The position numbers and the translations under genes are program-made. From Anaeromyxobacteraceae bacterium (GTDB lineage Bacteria > Myxococcota > Myxococcia > Myxococcales > Anaeromyxobacteraceae), in NCBI GenBank assembly GCA_047602405.1, contig JASGHJ010000002.1:160001-224000 (forward strand): 64,000 nt of DNA, in the 5' to 3' direction. Positions 55,622 through 64,000 of this stretch are shown piece after piece. The notes under the pieces were generated by a model, which saw only the letters and a list, made by a program, of their open reading frames with translations, was not told the DNA's origin and searched no databases. The stretch's first letter is position 1. The number at the start of each line of letters is the position of its first letter.

Positions 55622-56437
55622 CTACCGCTGCCTCCGCAGGTACTCCGACGGCGGCATGCCGACCAGCGCCCTGAAGTCGCGGGCGAAGTGGGCCTGGTCG
55701 GCATAGCCGAGGTCGTGGGCGAGGCGCCCGAGCCCGCCCGGCGCGCCGGCCTCGAGCGCGAGCAGGGCCTCGTGCAGCCGGTACCGCGCGATGGCCCACT
55801 TCGGGCCAATCCCCACCACGTCCCTGAACCAGCGCTGGAGCTCCCTCCTCGAGAGGCCGAACCGCTCGACGAGATCCTCCACCCGGCGCACCGCGCGGTC
55901 GGTCGCGGCCGCGTCCAGGATCCGGCCGAGGAGCTCGAGGTCTCCCGCGGGCGGCGGCAGCGCCTCCTCCCAGAAGCCCCGCGCCGCGGCCATGCGCGCC
56001 CGCCCGTCGCGGCCGGCCAGGACCGCGCGCAGGTAGGCGCCGGCGCGCCGCGCCCCGAGCACGTCGGCGAGCGGGACGCGGCGCCCGGTGAGCGACGACA
56101 CCGGCGCGCCGAGGAGCGGCCGGAACGCGCCGGGCAGGAACTTCGTGCCGAGCACCCAGCCGCGCCCCTCGAGCGCCGCCTCGTGGCGGCCGCGCGAGAC
56201 GCCGACGACGCTCGCCGCGCCGCCCTCGACGACCACGTGCACCACCGGGTGGCCGAGCGAGGCCTGCACGTGCCGGACACCGGCCGGGAGGGCCCAGGTC
56301 ACGTACCAGAAGTGCTCGATGGAGGCCGCGAGCCGCGGGCCGGGAAGCCACCGCCCGTGGGTGAGCCTCCCGGGCGGCCGGCCCAGGCGGACGAGGCCGC
56401 GCGGCGGGCGCGGCGAGGGCGCGAGCGCGCGGCTCAC
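55622..56437 (-). CDS. AraC-family regulator
   Basis: IEHFWYVTW N-terminal domain; LQRWFRDVVG and LGYADQAHFARDFRALVG HTHs; GTGA overlap. Confidence 0.9.
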   Translation of the reverse strand: MSRALAPSPRPPRGLVRLGRPPGRLTHGRWLPGPRLAASIEHFWYVTWALPAGVRHVQASLGHPVVHVVVEGGAASVVGVSRGRHEAALEGRGWVLGTKFLPGAFRPLLGAPVSSLTGRRVPLADVLGARRAGAYLRAVLAGRDGRARMAAARGFWEEALPPPAGDLELLGRILDAAATDRAVRRVEDLVERFGLSRRELQRWFRDVVGIGPKWAIARYRLHEALLALEAGAPGGLGRLAHDLGYADQAHFARDFRALVGMPPSEYLRRQR

Positions 56438-57051
56438 CGGAGCGCGGGGTTCTTCACCGGGCCGGCGACCTTCCGGAGCACGTTCCGGTCGGTGTGGTGG
56501 AACGGCTCGGGGCGCCCGGCGATGCGCAGCACGGTGTCCTGCTCGTACGTGAGCGTGCCGTCGCGGTTCAGCGTGAACGTGCAGGTGTAGGACTCGGTCC
56601 GGAAGTTCTCGTGGAGGAAGGGGCCCGAGGCGATGCCGGCGGTCGGGGAGCCGAGCTCGGCCTTCACGGTGAACGTCCGGTCGCCGGGCGCCGCGCGGCC
56701 CGCGGCCAGCGCGACCTGCGCCCGCGGGATGGCGAGGGTCTGCCAGAGGCCGCCCGTCGCGGGCTCCCACAGCCAGTAGCCGACCTGGTCGTGGAACGTC
56801 TCGGTCTCGCCCACCTTCGTGACGAACACGTGGTAGCGCAGGCCGTAGAGGAGCTGCGGGCCATTCGGCTGCGGGTCGATGGGCTCGAAGTCGATCCGCT
56901 CGAGGTAGGGCTCCTTCTCCTCCCCCTCGGCGACGGGGTGGAGATCCTCCCCGCGCCCCTCCCAGCTGCCGGCGAGGGGCGCGAGCGGACCGAGGTTCGC
57001 GAGCGTGTCGGGGTCGATGGGATCGGGCTCGGTGTAGAGGTCGACGGCCAT
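56434..57051 (-). CDS. Nitrobindin/THAP4-like haem-binding beta-barrel (DUF1794)
   Basis: LGPLAPLAGSWEG, YGLRY, HDQVGYWLWEP, F.HTDRN.L. Confidence 0.85.
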   Translation of the reverse strand: MAVDLYTEPDPIDPDTLANLGPLAPLAGSWEGRGEDLHPVAEGEEKEPYLERIDFEPIDPQPNGPQLLYGLRYHVFVTKVGETETFHDQVGYWLWEPATGGLWQTLAIPRAQVALAAGRAAPGDRTFTVKAELGSPTAGIASGPFLHENFRTESYTCTFTLNRDGTLTYEQDTVLRIAGRPEPFHHTDRNVLRKVAGPVKNPALR

Positions 57052-57080
57052 GCCGGGAGCCTACCCGAGCCCGCGCCTTC

Positions 57081-58193
57081 TCAAAATGCCCAGCCGAGGC
57101 CGACGTTCACGGCGGTCCCCGCGGAGTTCTCCGAGAAGTGCTGGTAGTCCGCCTTCACGACCACCTCCGGCGTCACGTGGAAGCTCGCGCCCGCGGTGAC
57201 GACGGTCTCGGTCTCGAGCGCCGCGGGCGTGACCCCCGGCCCGAGGTCCGCGTAGCTGCGGCCGGTGTTCACCTGCTCGACGCGCGCGAACGGCGTGAGC
57301 GCCATGCCGTCCTTCTCCCAGACCCGGTAGCCGGCCTGCGCGTACCAGCCGTCGAACGCCTCCGGCACGAGCGACGTCTGGCCGACGAGGGGGAGGTTGA
57401 TGGCGCGGGTGTTCGAGAACGAGCCGCGCGCGTAGAGGGCGGCGACGTCGAGCTTGCCGGGCGACCAGCGCGCGTGGACGTCCCAGAGGAGCAGCGTCGA
57501 GTGCGGCACGCCGGGCTGGCCCTGGCTCACGCCGCCGAGGAAGGCCGAGGCGCCGAGGCGCAGCCCGGGGACGCCGCGCCAGTCCGCGGCGAGGAAGCCC
57601 GAGGCGTCGTGGGCGCGGGCGAGCTGGAGCTCCTGGTGGATGGAGCCGAGCGGCTCCTCCTGGCCCTCGCCGGAGGTGGCGTCCCACTTCGAGAGGTCGA
57701 AGCCGGTCGTGAGGCCGGCCTGCAGCGTCACCGCCGCGGGCAGCGCCGCGGAGAGCGAGATGCCGCCCTCGCGCCAGGTGGTGGGGATGATCGCCTGCTC
57801 GACGAACGTGCGGTTCACGCCCAGGAACGCCGTCGGCTCGTGGCTCGTGTTGAGGAAGCCCATCGGGATCAAGAGGAGGCCGGCGCGGGCGGTGAGGACG
57901 TCCCCGAGGCGCCGCTCGATGAACGCCTGCTCGATGGCGACCTCGCCCGCGTCCTCCGCGGAGGCGATCGCGTGCTCGACCTCAATCTCCGCGACGAACG
58001 AGGTCGAGGCGTCGAAGGTGCGCTCGAGGCCGAACACGAGGCGGCGGAGATCGGCCTGGGCGTCGCGGGGGCTGTCGATCGGGCGCTGGTAGACGAGCTC
58101 GCCGTAGCTCGTGATGCGGGTCTCGGGCGCGTCGGCGGCGAGCGTGGCGAGCGGGAGGGAGAGGAGGGCGGCGGCGAGGGCGAGGCGGGGCAT
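57081..58193 (-). CDS. Outer-membrane porin-like beta-barrel
   Basis: Signal peptide; YGEL.Y, EIEVEHA, GEVAIEQAF, HEPT.F, IIPTTWRE, VKADYQ, C-terminal GWAF. Confidence 0.85.
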   Translation of the reverse strand: MPRLALAAALLSLPLATLAADAPETRITSYGELVYQRPIDSPRDAQADLRRLVFGLERTFDASTSFVAEIEVEHAIASAEDAGEVAIEQAFIERRLGDVLTARAGLLLIPMGFLNTSHEPTAFLGVNRTFVEQAIIPTTWREGGISLSAALPAAVTLQAGLTTGFDLSKWDATSGEGQEEPLGSIHQELQLARAHDASGFLAADWRGVPGLRLGASAFLGGVSQGQPGVPHSTLLLWDVHARWSPGKLDVAALYARGSFSNTRAINLPLVGQTSLVPEAFDGWYAQAGYRVWEKDGMALTPFARVEQVNTGRSYADLGPGVTPAALETETVVTAGASFHVTPEVVVKADYQHFSENSAGTAVNVGLGWAF

Positions 58194-58219
58194 GGTGGGG
58201 ACTCCAGTGAGCGTCGGGG

Positions 58220-59395
58220 TCAAGGGGTGGTGAAGCCGTCGTCGAGGGTCTTCAGGAACTCGATCACGTCGGCGATCTCGGCGTCGTCGAGCGCGGGCGG
58301 CTGGCCCGGCCGGCGGTCGTACGGCGGCTCCGAGACGTTCACGTTGCGGTGGAGCTCGGGCGGGAGATCGTCGAACTTCTTCACGCCGCCCTGGCCGTCG
58401 GGCGGGTAGAACTTCTCCGGGCTCGTGTCGCGCTCGACGTAGAAGTGCAGCACGTCCTCGAGCGAGGTGAACCGCGCGTTGTGGAAGAACACCTTCCGCT
58501 GCGCGACGTTCCGGAGCGACGGCACCTTGAACGCGCCGCAGAGATCCTTGCGGTCCGCGAGCTCCGGCCGGCCGCAGAGGCCGAGGTCGAAGTGGGCCGG
58601 GTCGGCGTTGGCCGGGATGGCGGGGTTCCGCGGCACGCCGAGCGCGTCGTAGGTGAAGTCGGTGAAGAGGGGCGGCGCGCCGCCGGGGCTGGCCTTCGAG
58701 GGGTGGCACGCCGCGCAGTTGCCCTTCGTGGGCGCGTTGAACAGCGCGAGGCCGCGGAGCTCGCGGTCGGAGAGCCGGGCCTCGCCGCGCAGGAAGGCGT
58801 CGTACTTGCTCGTGTAGGGCGCGAAGGCCACGTCCTCGCGCTCGTACGCCTCGATGGCGAGGGTCATGCGCAGGTAGGCGCCGTCCACGTCGTCGAACAC
58901 CCCGTCGCCGAAGAGCGCGCGGAGCTCGCCGGCGTAGGGCGCCGCGGCGAGCTGCTCGACCACGGCCTCCTTCGACGGCATCGCCATCTCGACCGGGTTC
59001 AGGAACGGCCCCGCGGCCTGCGCGGCGAGCGAGGCCGCGCGGCCGTCCCAGAAGAAGCCGCCCGCGGGCGTGCCGTCGGCCTCGAACCGGAACGGGCCGG
59101 AGAGCGTCAGGTAACGGATGGCCGGCGCCTGGCGCGTGCCGGCGAGATCGAGCCCCGCGCCGCCGAGCTGGACGGGGAGGCCGTTCGCCGGCGTGAAGGC
59201 GTGGGCCTCGTCGTGGCAGGTGGCGCAGGCCATCTGGCCGGAGGCGGAGAGCGAGGTGTCCTTGAAGATCCGTTCCCCGACCTGCGCCAGGGGGGAGAGG
59301 GTGCGCGCGGCGGGAGGCGGCTCGGGAGGGGTGGAGCCGCAGCCGGCCGCGAGGGGGAGCGACGAGGCGAGGACGATGTTGAGAATGATTCTCAT
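58220..59395 (-). CDS. Di-haem cytochrome c peroxidase/MauG family lipoprotein
   Basis: Lipobox AAGC; CATCH, FWDGRA, NPVEM, CAACH, FKVPSLRNV, FHN. Confidence 0.92.
   Translation of the reverse strand: MRIILNIVLASSLPLAAGCGSTPPEPPPAARTLSPLAQVGERIFKDTSLSASGQMACATCHDEAHAFTPANGLPVQLGGAGLDLAGTRQAPAIRYLTLSGPFRFEADGTPAGGFFWDGRAASLAAQAAGPFLNPVEMAMPSKEAVVEQLAAAPYAGELRALFGDGVFDDVDGAYLRMTLAIEAYEREDVAFAPYTSKYDAFLRGEARLSDRELRGLALFNAPTKGNCAACHPSKASPGGAPPLFTDFTYDALGVPRNPAIPANADPAHFDLGLCGRPELADRKDLCGAFKVPSLRNVAQRKVFFHNARFTSLEDVLHFYVERDTSPEKFYPPDGQGGVKKFDDLPPELHRNVNVSEPPYDRRPGQPPALDDAEIADVIEFLKTLDDGFTTP
59380..59394. promoter_or_regulatory. Fur/PerR-family box
   Basis: Perfect 7-1-7 palindrome TGAGAAT-G-ATTCTCA versus Fur consensus TGATAAT-N-ATTATCA; AT-rich island in GC-rich DNA. 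Confidence 0.75.
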
Positions 59396-59468
59396 GTTCA
59401 GATTGTTTGTAGCGCGGCCGCGCCGGGCCGGTCAAGCGCCGGGTTCGCCGGCGTGTTAAGCCCCGGCC

Positions 59469-60434
59469 ATGAAGGCGATCCAGCTCAGGGCGTTCGGGGG
59501 TCCGGAGGTGTTCGAGGCCGCCGAGCTGCCCGACCCGGCCCCCGGTCCCGGCCAGCTCCTCGTGCGCGTGCTCGCGACCTCGGTGAACCCGGTCGACTAC
59601 AAGATCCGCCACGCCGGCAGCTGGGCGCAGGTGAAGCCCCCGGCGATCATCGGCTACGACGCCGCCGGCACGGTGGAGGCGCTCGGGCCCGGCGTGACGG
59701 GCTTCGCGAAGGGCGACGCGGTGTTCTACACGCCGCGGATCTTCGGGCGGCAGGGCACCTACGCCGAGCTGCACGTGGTCGACGCGGACATCGTCGCGCC
59801 GAAGCCGCCGAACCTCACCTACCTCGAGGCGGCGAGCCTGCCGCTCGCGGGCTGCACGGCGTGGGACGCGATCGTCCGCCTCGCGCAGGTCCGGCCGGGC
59901 GAGGACGTGCTCGTCCACGCGGGCGCGGGCGGGGTGGGCTCGATCGCGGTCCAGCTCGCCCACGCCGCGGGCGCGCGCGTGCTCGCGACGGCCCGGGCGC
60001 CGAACCACGCGCTCGTGCGCGGCCTCGGCGCGGACGAGGTCGTCGACTACACGGCCGAGGACTTCGCGAAGGCCGCGGTCCGCTTCACGCGCGGCAAGGG
60101 GCTCGACGTCGCGTTCGACACGGTGGGCGGCGACCTCCTGTCGCGCACCGTCCCCGCGATGAGGCCGTACGGCCGGATGGTCGGCTGCGTCTCCTGCACG
60201 GGCGACCTCTCCGGCGCCGTCGGCAAGAACCTCACCGTCCACTTCGAGTTCCTGGAGCGCGCGAAGGCGAAGATCGACGCGCTGGCGGCGCTCGCGGAGC
60301 GCGGCCAGGTGCGCGCCGTCATCGACGCGGTGCTCCCGCTCGACCGGGTCGCCGAGGCGCACCGGAAGATCGAGGCCGGCGGCATGCGCGGCAAGCTCGT
60401 GCTCGAGGTCGCGAAGGGCGCGGACCGGCGCTGA
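59469..60434 (+). CDS. MDR-family NADPH:quinone oxidoreductase-like protein
   Basis: SVNPVD, GYDAAG, HAGAGGVG, DTVGG, GKLV. Confidence 0.92.
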   Translation: MKAIQLRAFGGPEVFEAAELPDPAPGPGQLLVRVLATSVNPVDYKIRHAGSWAQVKPPAIIGYDAAGTVEALGPGVTGFAKGDAVFYTPRIFGRQGTYAELHVVDADIVAPKPPNLTYLEAASLPLAGCTAWDAIVRLAQVRPGEDVLVHAGAGGVGSIAVQLAHAAGARVLATARAPNHALVRGLGADEVVDYTAEDFAKAAVRFTRGKGLDVAFDTVGGDLLSRTVPAMRPYGRMVGCVSCTGDLSGAVGKNLTVHFEFLERAKAKIDALAALAERGQVRAVIDAVLPLDRVAEAHRKIEAGGMRGKLVLEVAKGADRR

Positions 60435-60447
60435 GGGCCCGCGCCGG

Positions 60448-61602
60448 TCAGCGGGTCCTGCGCGCGGCGGGCTCGACGCCGCGCGCGGAGGTCTCCGTCC
60501 CAGGCGCCGGGCGGATCGGGCCGACGATCGGCGGGCTGGGCGGCGTCGTGCACTTGGCGTTCTTCGTGCGATCCCAGCAGTACGGGGCGGCCTTCGGGTC
60601 GTCGGCGCGGAAGTAGAGCGTGGCGACCCCGAACTCGATGGCGTACTCGTCGATCGGCGCGTCGCCGCTCGAGTTCTGCAGCTGCCCGAGGGTGATCCCG
60701 GCGGTCTCGAACACGAGGAGCTGCTTCAGGCAGTACTCGCTCGCCTTCCCACCGACGCCCTCGCCCGCGACCGTGACGTAGACGGTGGGGATGTGCTTCC
60801 CGGTGGCGGCGTACTCGAACATCTTCGTGGAGAGGTCGCTCGCCGGCAGCGGAATCGAGAGGGCGTCGAAGACGATCTTCCCGGCGCCCGCGCCGCCGGA
60901 GCCCGACCCGATGACGGAGGCGTTCGTGTAGCGCCACGAGTAGCTCTCCATCGGGTAGTCGTACCCGGAGAACTCGGGGATCCTGACGAACAGGCGGTTC
61001 GCCCCCGTGCACGCCGTCCCCGGCTTCGGGGTGGGGGGCAGGTTGATGTTCGCGGGCGCCGCGGTCGTCCCCGCGGCCGGCCCCGGCGGTCCCGTGGGCC
61101 CCGTCGGTCCGATCGGCCCCTGGGGTCCCTGGGGCCCCTGCGGCCCCGCCGGCCCCACCGGGCCCGGGATGCCCTGCGGCCCCACCGCGCCCTGCGGGCC
61201 CTGTGCGCCCTGCGAGCCGGTGTCGCCCTTCGGGCCCTGCGGGCCCACCGGCCCCACCGCGCCAATCGTGAGGTAGAAGCCCTTCACCTCGCCGCCCTCG
61301 CCGTACCGGTGCTCGCTCGTCCTCACCGTGATGGCGTAGGTGCCCGGCCGCGGCGCGGGGGAGGGGAGGCGCGCGACGATGGCCGTCGGCGAGTACGTGT
61401 CGACCGTGAGCGGCGTCGTGCCGAGCAGCACCTTCGGCGCCTGCGCGACGCCGAAGCCGGTGCCGTTCACGAAGACGTGCTCGGCGTCGGAGTCGACCGA
61501 GAGGATGCGGGGCTGGCGATCGCCTTCGCGGTCGCCGTCGTGGGCGCGGGCGGGCGCTGCGAGCGCGAGCGCGAGGAGCGCCGCGGCGAGGGGCCTCGTC
61601 AT
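60448..61602 (-). CDS. Secreted Ig/IPT-like + collagen-like + Hcp-like protein
   Basis: RBS, signal peptide, VNGTGFG...PGTYAITV, ~21 Gly-X-Y triplets, then SYSW..N..GSG.GGAGAGK..F..GKHIP..WD..N. Confidence 0.85.
   Translation of the reverse strand: MTRPLAAALLALALAAPARAHDGDREGDRQPRILSVDSDAEHVFVNGTGFGVAQAPKVLLGTTPLTVDTYSPTAIVARLPSPAPRPGTYAITVRTSEHRYGEGGEVKGFYLTIGAVGPVGPQGPKGDTGSQGAQGPQGAVGPQGIPGPVGPAGPQGPQGPQGPIGPTGPTGPPGPAAGTTAAPANINLPPTPKPGTACTGANRLFVRIPEFSGYDYPMESYSWRYTNASVIGSGSGGAGAGKIVFDALSIPLPASDLSTKMFEYAATGKHIPTVYVTVAGEGVGGKASEYCLKQLLVFETAGITLGQLQNSSGDAPIDEYAIEFGVATLYFRADDPKAAPYCWDRTKNAKCTTPPSPPIVGPIRPAPGTETSARGVEPAARRTR
61075..61263 (-). repeat. Collagen-like Gly-X-Y coding repeat
   Basis: [15 protein letters not shown] ... 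GPT GPP GPA, uninterrupted. Confidence 0.92.
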
Positions 61603-61762
61603 GGTCTGTTCCCTCCCAGGGTGAAGCGGGTTTAGGGGGGATACCGGCCCGCCAGGGCGCCTGCCCGGCCGCCGCGGCAGCCTCCTTGGGTGTGGACCCA
61701 CGGTCCGATGACGGATTGTGCGGACCATCCCGGGGGCCCTTCGGAAGTGGCAGGATGCGGGC

Positions 61763-62485
61763 GTGGAAAATCCGGAACCGACCCGCGGCGAGACCTTCCG
61801 CGTGCTGCTCGTCGAGGACGACGAGCGGCTCGCCGCGCTCACGGCGCGCTACCTCGAGACGCACGGCCACTCGGTGACCGTCCTCGGCGACGGCCGGCTC
61901 GGGCTCGCCGAGGCCCTCAAGGGGCAGCACGACGTCGTCGTGCTCGACCTCATGCTGCCGCGCCTGGGCGGCCTCGAGATCTGCCGCGAGCTCCGGGCGC
62001 GGACCGCGGTGCCCATCATCATGGTCACCGCGCTCGGGGAGGAGGCAGACCGGGTCCTGGGCCTCGAGATGGGCGCCGACGACTACCTCGCGAAGCCCTT
62101 CTCGTCGCGGGAGCTGCTCGCGCGCCTCAGGGCGCTCGTGCGCCGCGGCCGCGGCGTCGTGGGGCCGCCGCGCGACGTCATCCGCGTCGGCGGGCTAGAG
62201 CTGTGGCCGCGCGACTTCTCGGGCACCCTCGACGGCAGGCCGCTCAAGCTCACCACCGCCGAGTTCGTGCTCCTGCGCGTCCTCGCCGAGCGGGCCGGGC
62301 GGGTGCTCACCCGCGAGCAGCTCCTCGACCTCACGAAGGGGAGCGCGGACGAGGCGTTCGACCGCTCCATCGACGCCCACATCTCCCGGGTCCGCCAGAA
62401 GCTCGGCGACGATCCCAGGAACCCGCGCATGCTCAAGACCGTGCGCGGGGCCGGCTACCTCCTCGCCCCGGGCGACGAGCCGTGA
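61763..62485 (+). CDS. OmpR-family response regulator
   Basis: [44 protein letters not shown]. Confidence 0.95.
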   Translation: MENPEPTRGETFRVLLVEDDERLAALTARYLETHGHSVTVLGDGRLGLAEALKGQHDVVVLDLMLPRLGGLEICRELRARTAVPIIMVTALGEEADRVLGLEMGADDYLAKPFSSRELLARLRALVRRGRGVVGPPRDVIRVGGLELWPRDFSGTLDGRPLKLTTAEFVLLRVLAERAGRVLTREQLLDLTKGSADEAFDRSIDAHISRVRQKLGDDPRNPRMLKTVRGAGYLLAPGDEP

Positions 62486-63870
62486 GCCGGCCGCTCGCGC
62501 CGCTCGCGCTCCGGATCTGGGGCGTCACCGTCGCCTCGGTGCTCGTGAGCGTCACCGGCGTGTTCGCCACCCTGCACCTCGTCGCGCCGCCGCCGGGCGG
62601 TCCGCCGCCGGGCGGCGGGCCGTACGTGGTCCGCAACCTCGCGAGCATGGCCCGCGATCCGGTGGCGCTCGAGGGTGAGGTGAGCCGGGTGGAGCGCGAG
62701 GCCGGGATGCTCGCCTCCGTCCACCGGTGGGACGGCGCGCGCGTCGCCGGGCGCGACACGCCCCCGCTCACGCCGCGCGACCTCGACCTGCTCGCCCGCA
62801 CCGGCCGCGCGCACGTGGGCGGCGAGGCCTGCTTCCCGGGGCCGTGCCCGGAGGCGTTCCGGCTCGGGCCGCCCGACGCGCCGACCGGCTACGTCGTCCT
62901 CTCGCCGGTCGAGCACCGCGCGATGGGGGGCCTGTTGCCCCTCGTGCTCACCGTGCTCGGCCTCACCGTCGCCTCGGTGCTGCTCGGCGCGTACCTCGCC
63001 GGGCCCCTGCGCCGGCTCGCCGCCGCGGCGCGCGCCTTCGGCGCGGGGGATCTCACCGCCCGCTCGGGGCTGCGCCGGCGCGACGAGCTCGGCGAGGTGG
63101 GGCAGGCGTTCGACGAGATGGCCGACCGGCTCGTGACCACGCTGCGCGGCCAGACCGAGCTCGTCGCGAACGTCGCCCACGAGCTGCGCACCCCGCTCGC
63201 GCGCATCCGGGTGGCGCTCGACCTCGCCGAGGAGGGCGACGCGGCGGTCGCGCGGGCCTCGCTCGTCGACATCTCGCAGGACCTGTCCGAGCTCGAGGGG
63301 CTGGTGACGGACGTGCTCGCGAGCGCGCGCCTCGAGCTCGCCGCGGCGGCGCCGCCGGCCTCCGCCGGGACGCCGCCGCTCCGGATGGAGCGGCTCGACC
63401 TGGCCGCGCTGCTCCGCGACGCCGCCGAACGCCTGCGCCAGCGCCACCCCGACCGCGAGGTCCTGGCGGAGGTGCCGGACGCCCTGCCCGAGGTGGAGGC
63501 GGACCGGGTCATGCTCCGCCGGGCCGTGGAGAACCTGCTCGACAACGCGCGCAAGTACTCGCCCGCGCCCGAGCCGATCCGGCTCACCGCGCGGGCCGGC
63601 GCCGGAGGGGTCCAGATCGCCGTCACCGACCGAGGGGCCGGCATCGCGCCCGAGGACCTCCCGCACCTCTTCACGCCGTTCTTCCGCGCCGATCGCTCGC
63701 GGGCACGGGCGACCGGCGGGGTGGGGCTCGGGCTCTCGCTGTCGCGCCGCATCGCGGAGGCGCACCGGGGCACGCTCACCGTGGAGAGCGCCCCGGGCGC
63801 CGGCAGCACCTTCACGCTGCGGCTGCCGGCGCTCGACGCAGGCCTGCCGGCGAGCCCGCGCCCGGGGTGA
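62482..63870 (+). CDS. HAMP-domain sensor histidine kinase
   Basis: Two TMs, HAMP, HELRTPL, NLLDNARKY, D.G.GI, GVGLGL. Confidence 0.95.
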   Translation: MSRPLAPLALRIWGVTVASVLVSVTGVFATLHLVAPPPGGPPPGGGPYVVRNLASMARDPVALEGEVSRVEREAGMLASVHRWDGARVAGRDTPPLTPRDLDLLARTGRAHVGGEACFPGPCPEAFRLGPPDAPTGYVVLSPVEHRAMGGLLPLVLTVLGLTVASVLLGAYLAGPLRRLAAAARAFGAGDLTARSGLRRRDELGEVGQAFDEMADRLVTTLRGQTELVANVAHELRTPLARIRVALDLAEEGDAAVARASLVDISQDLSELEGLVTDVLASARLELAAAAPPASAGTPPLRMERLDLAALLRDAAERLRQRHPDREVLAEVPDALPEVEADRVMLRRAVENLLDNARKYSPAPEPIRLTARAGAGGVQIAVTDRGAGIAPEDLPHLFTPFFRADRSRARATGGVGLGLSLSRRIAEAHRGTLTVESAPGAGSTFTLRLPALDAGLPASPRPG

Positions 63871-63885
63871 GCGGCGCCGGGGCCG

Positions 63886-64000
63886 CTACTTCCGCTTCCG
63901 GCGCGCCGGGGTCCTCGAGGTGCGACGCGCCCGGGCGCTCGCGCGCGCCTTCGTGCGCGCCGCGCCCTTGCGCGCGTTCCGCTCGGCCGCGTCGGCCGCC
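63886..64000 (-). CDS. Probable 3' end of a CDS entering from the window edge (basic tail)
   Basis: Open frame AADAAERNARKG...PARRKRK ending at TAG 63886-63888. Confidence 0.4.
   Translation of the reverse strand, partial: AADAAERNARKGAARTKARASARARRTSRTPARRKRK

Noticed and set aside
57081..60362. 1093-aa ORF, and other over-extended ORFs (42172..43899, 61690..63870, 55622..56770)
   Set aside because: Only the C-terminal parts are real genes; the upstream parts are off-frame read-through of neighbouring genes.
60559..60993. T6SS locus or prophage tail region
   Set aside because: No tssB/C, vgrG, baseplate or phage genes nearby, and the protein has a Sec signal peptide.

Overview
Very GC-rich bacterial chromosomal window whose gene content and style suggest Anaeromyxobacter/Myxococcota (inference). 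It holds about 50 CDSs: dnaE, topA, bioB-bioF with a BirA operator, alr, a homogentisate operon (FAA hydrolase-maiA-hppD-hmgA), three efflux/ABC export operons, a DUF3516-type helicase and an OmpR/sensor kinase pair. I saw no rRNA, tRNA, CRISPR array or transposase. Most notable: (1) an orphan secreted protein made of signal peptide + Ig/IPT-like domain + collagen triple helix + Hcp (T6SS tube)-like domain; (2) a BlaI/BlaR1-like module whose sensor is a HEAT solenoid, followed by a paralogous secreted HEAT protein, both behind the same 16-bp operator and both ending in a (Pro-Trp)n tail; (3) all six apparent frameshifts, and many rare-codon C>T changes, sit at GATC, suggesting a GATC DNA modification and probably basecalling errors rather than real pseudogenes; (4) a Fur-like box written into the first codons of a di-haem peroxidase upstream of a porin and nitrobindin. 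Family assignments come from motif recognition by eye, and start codons were chosen by eye.
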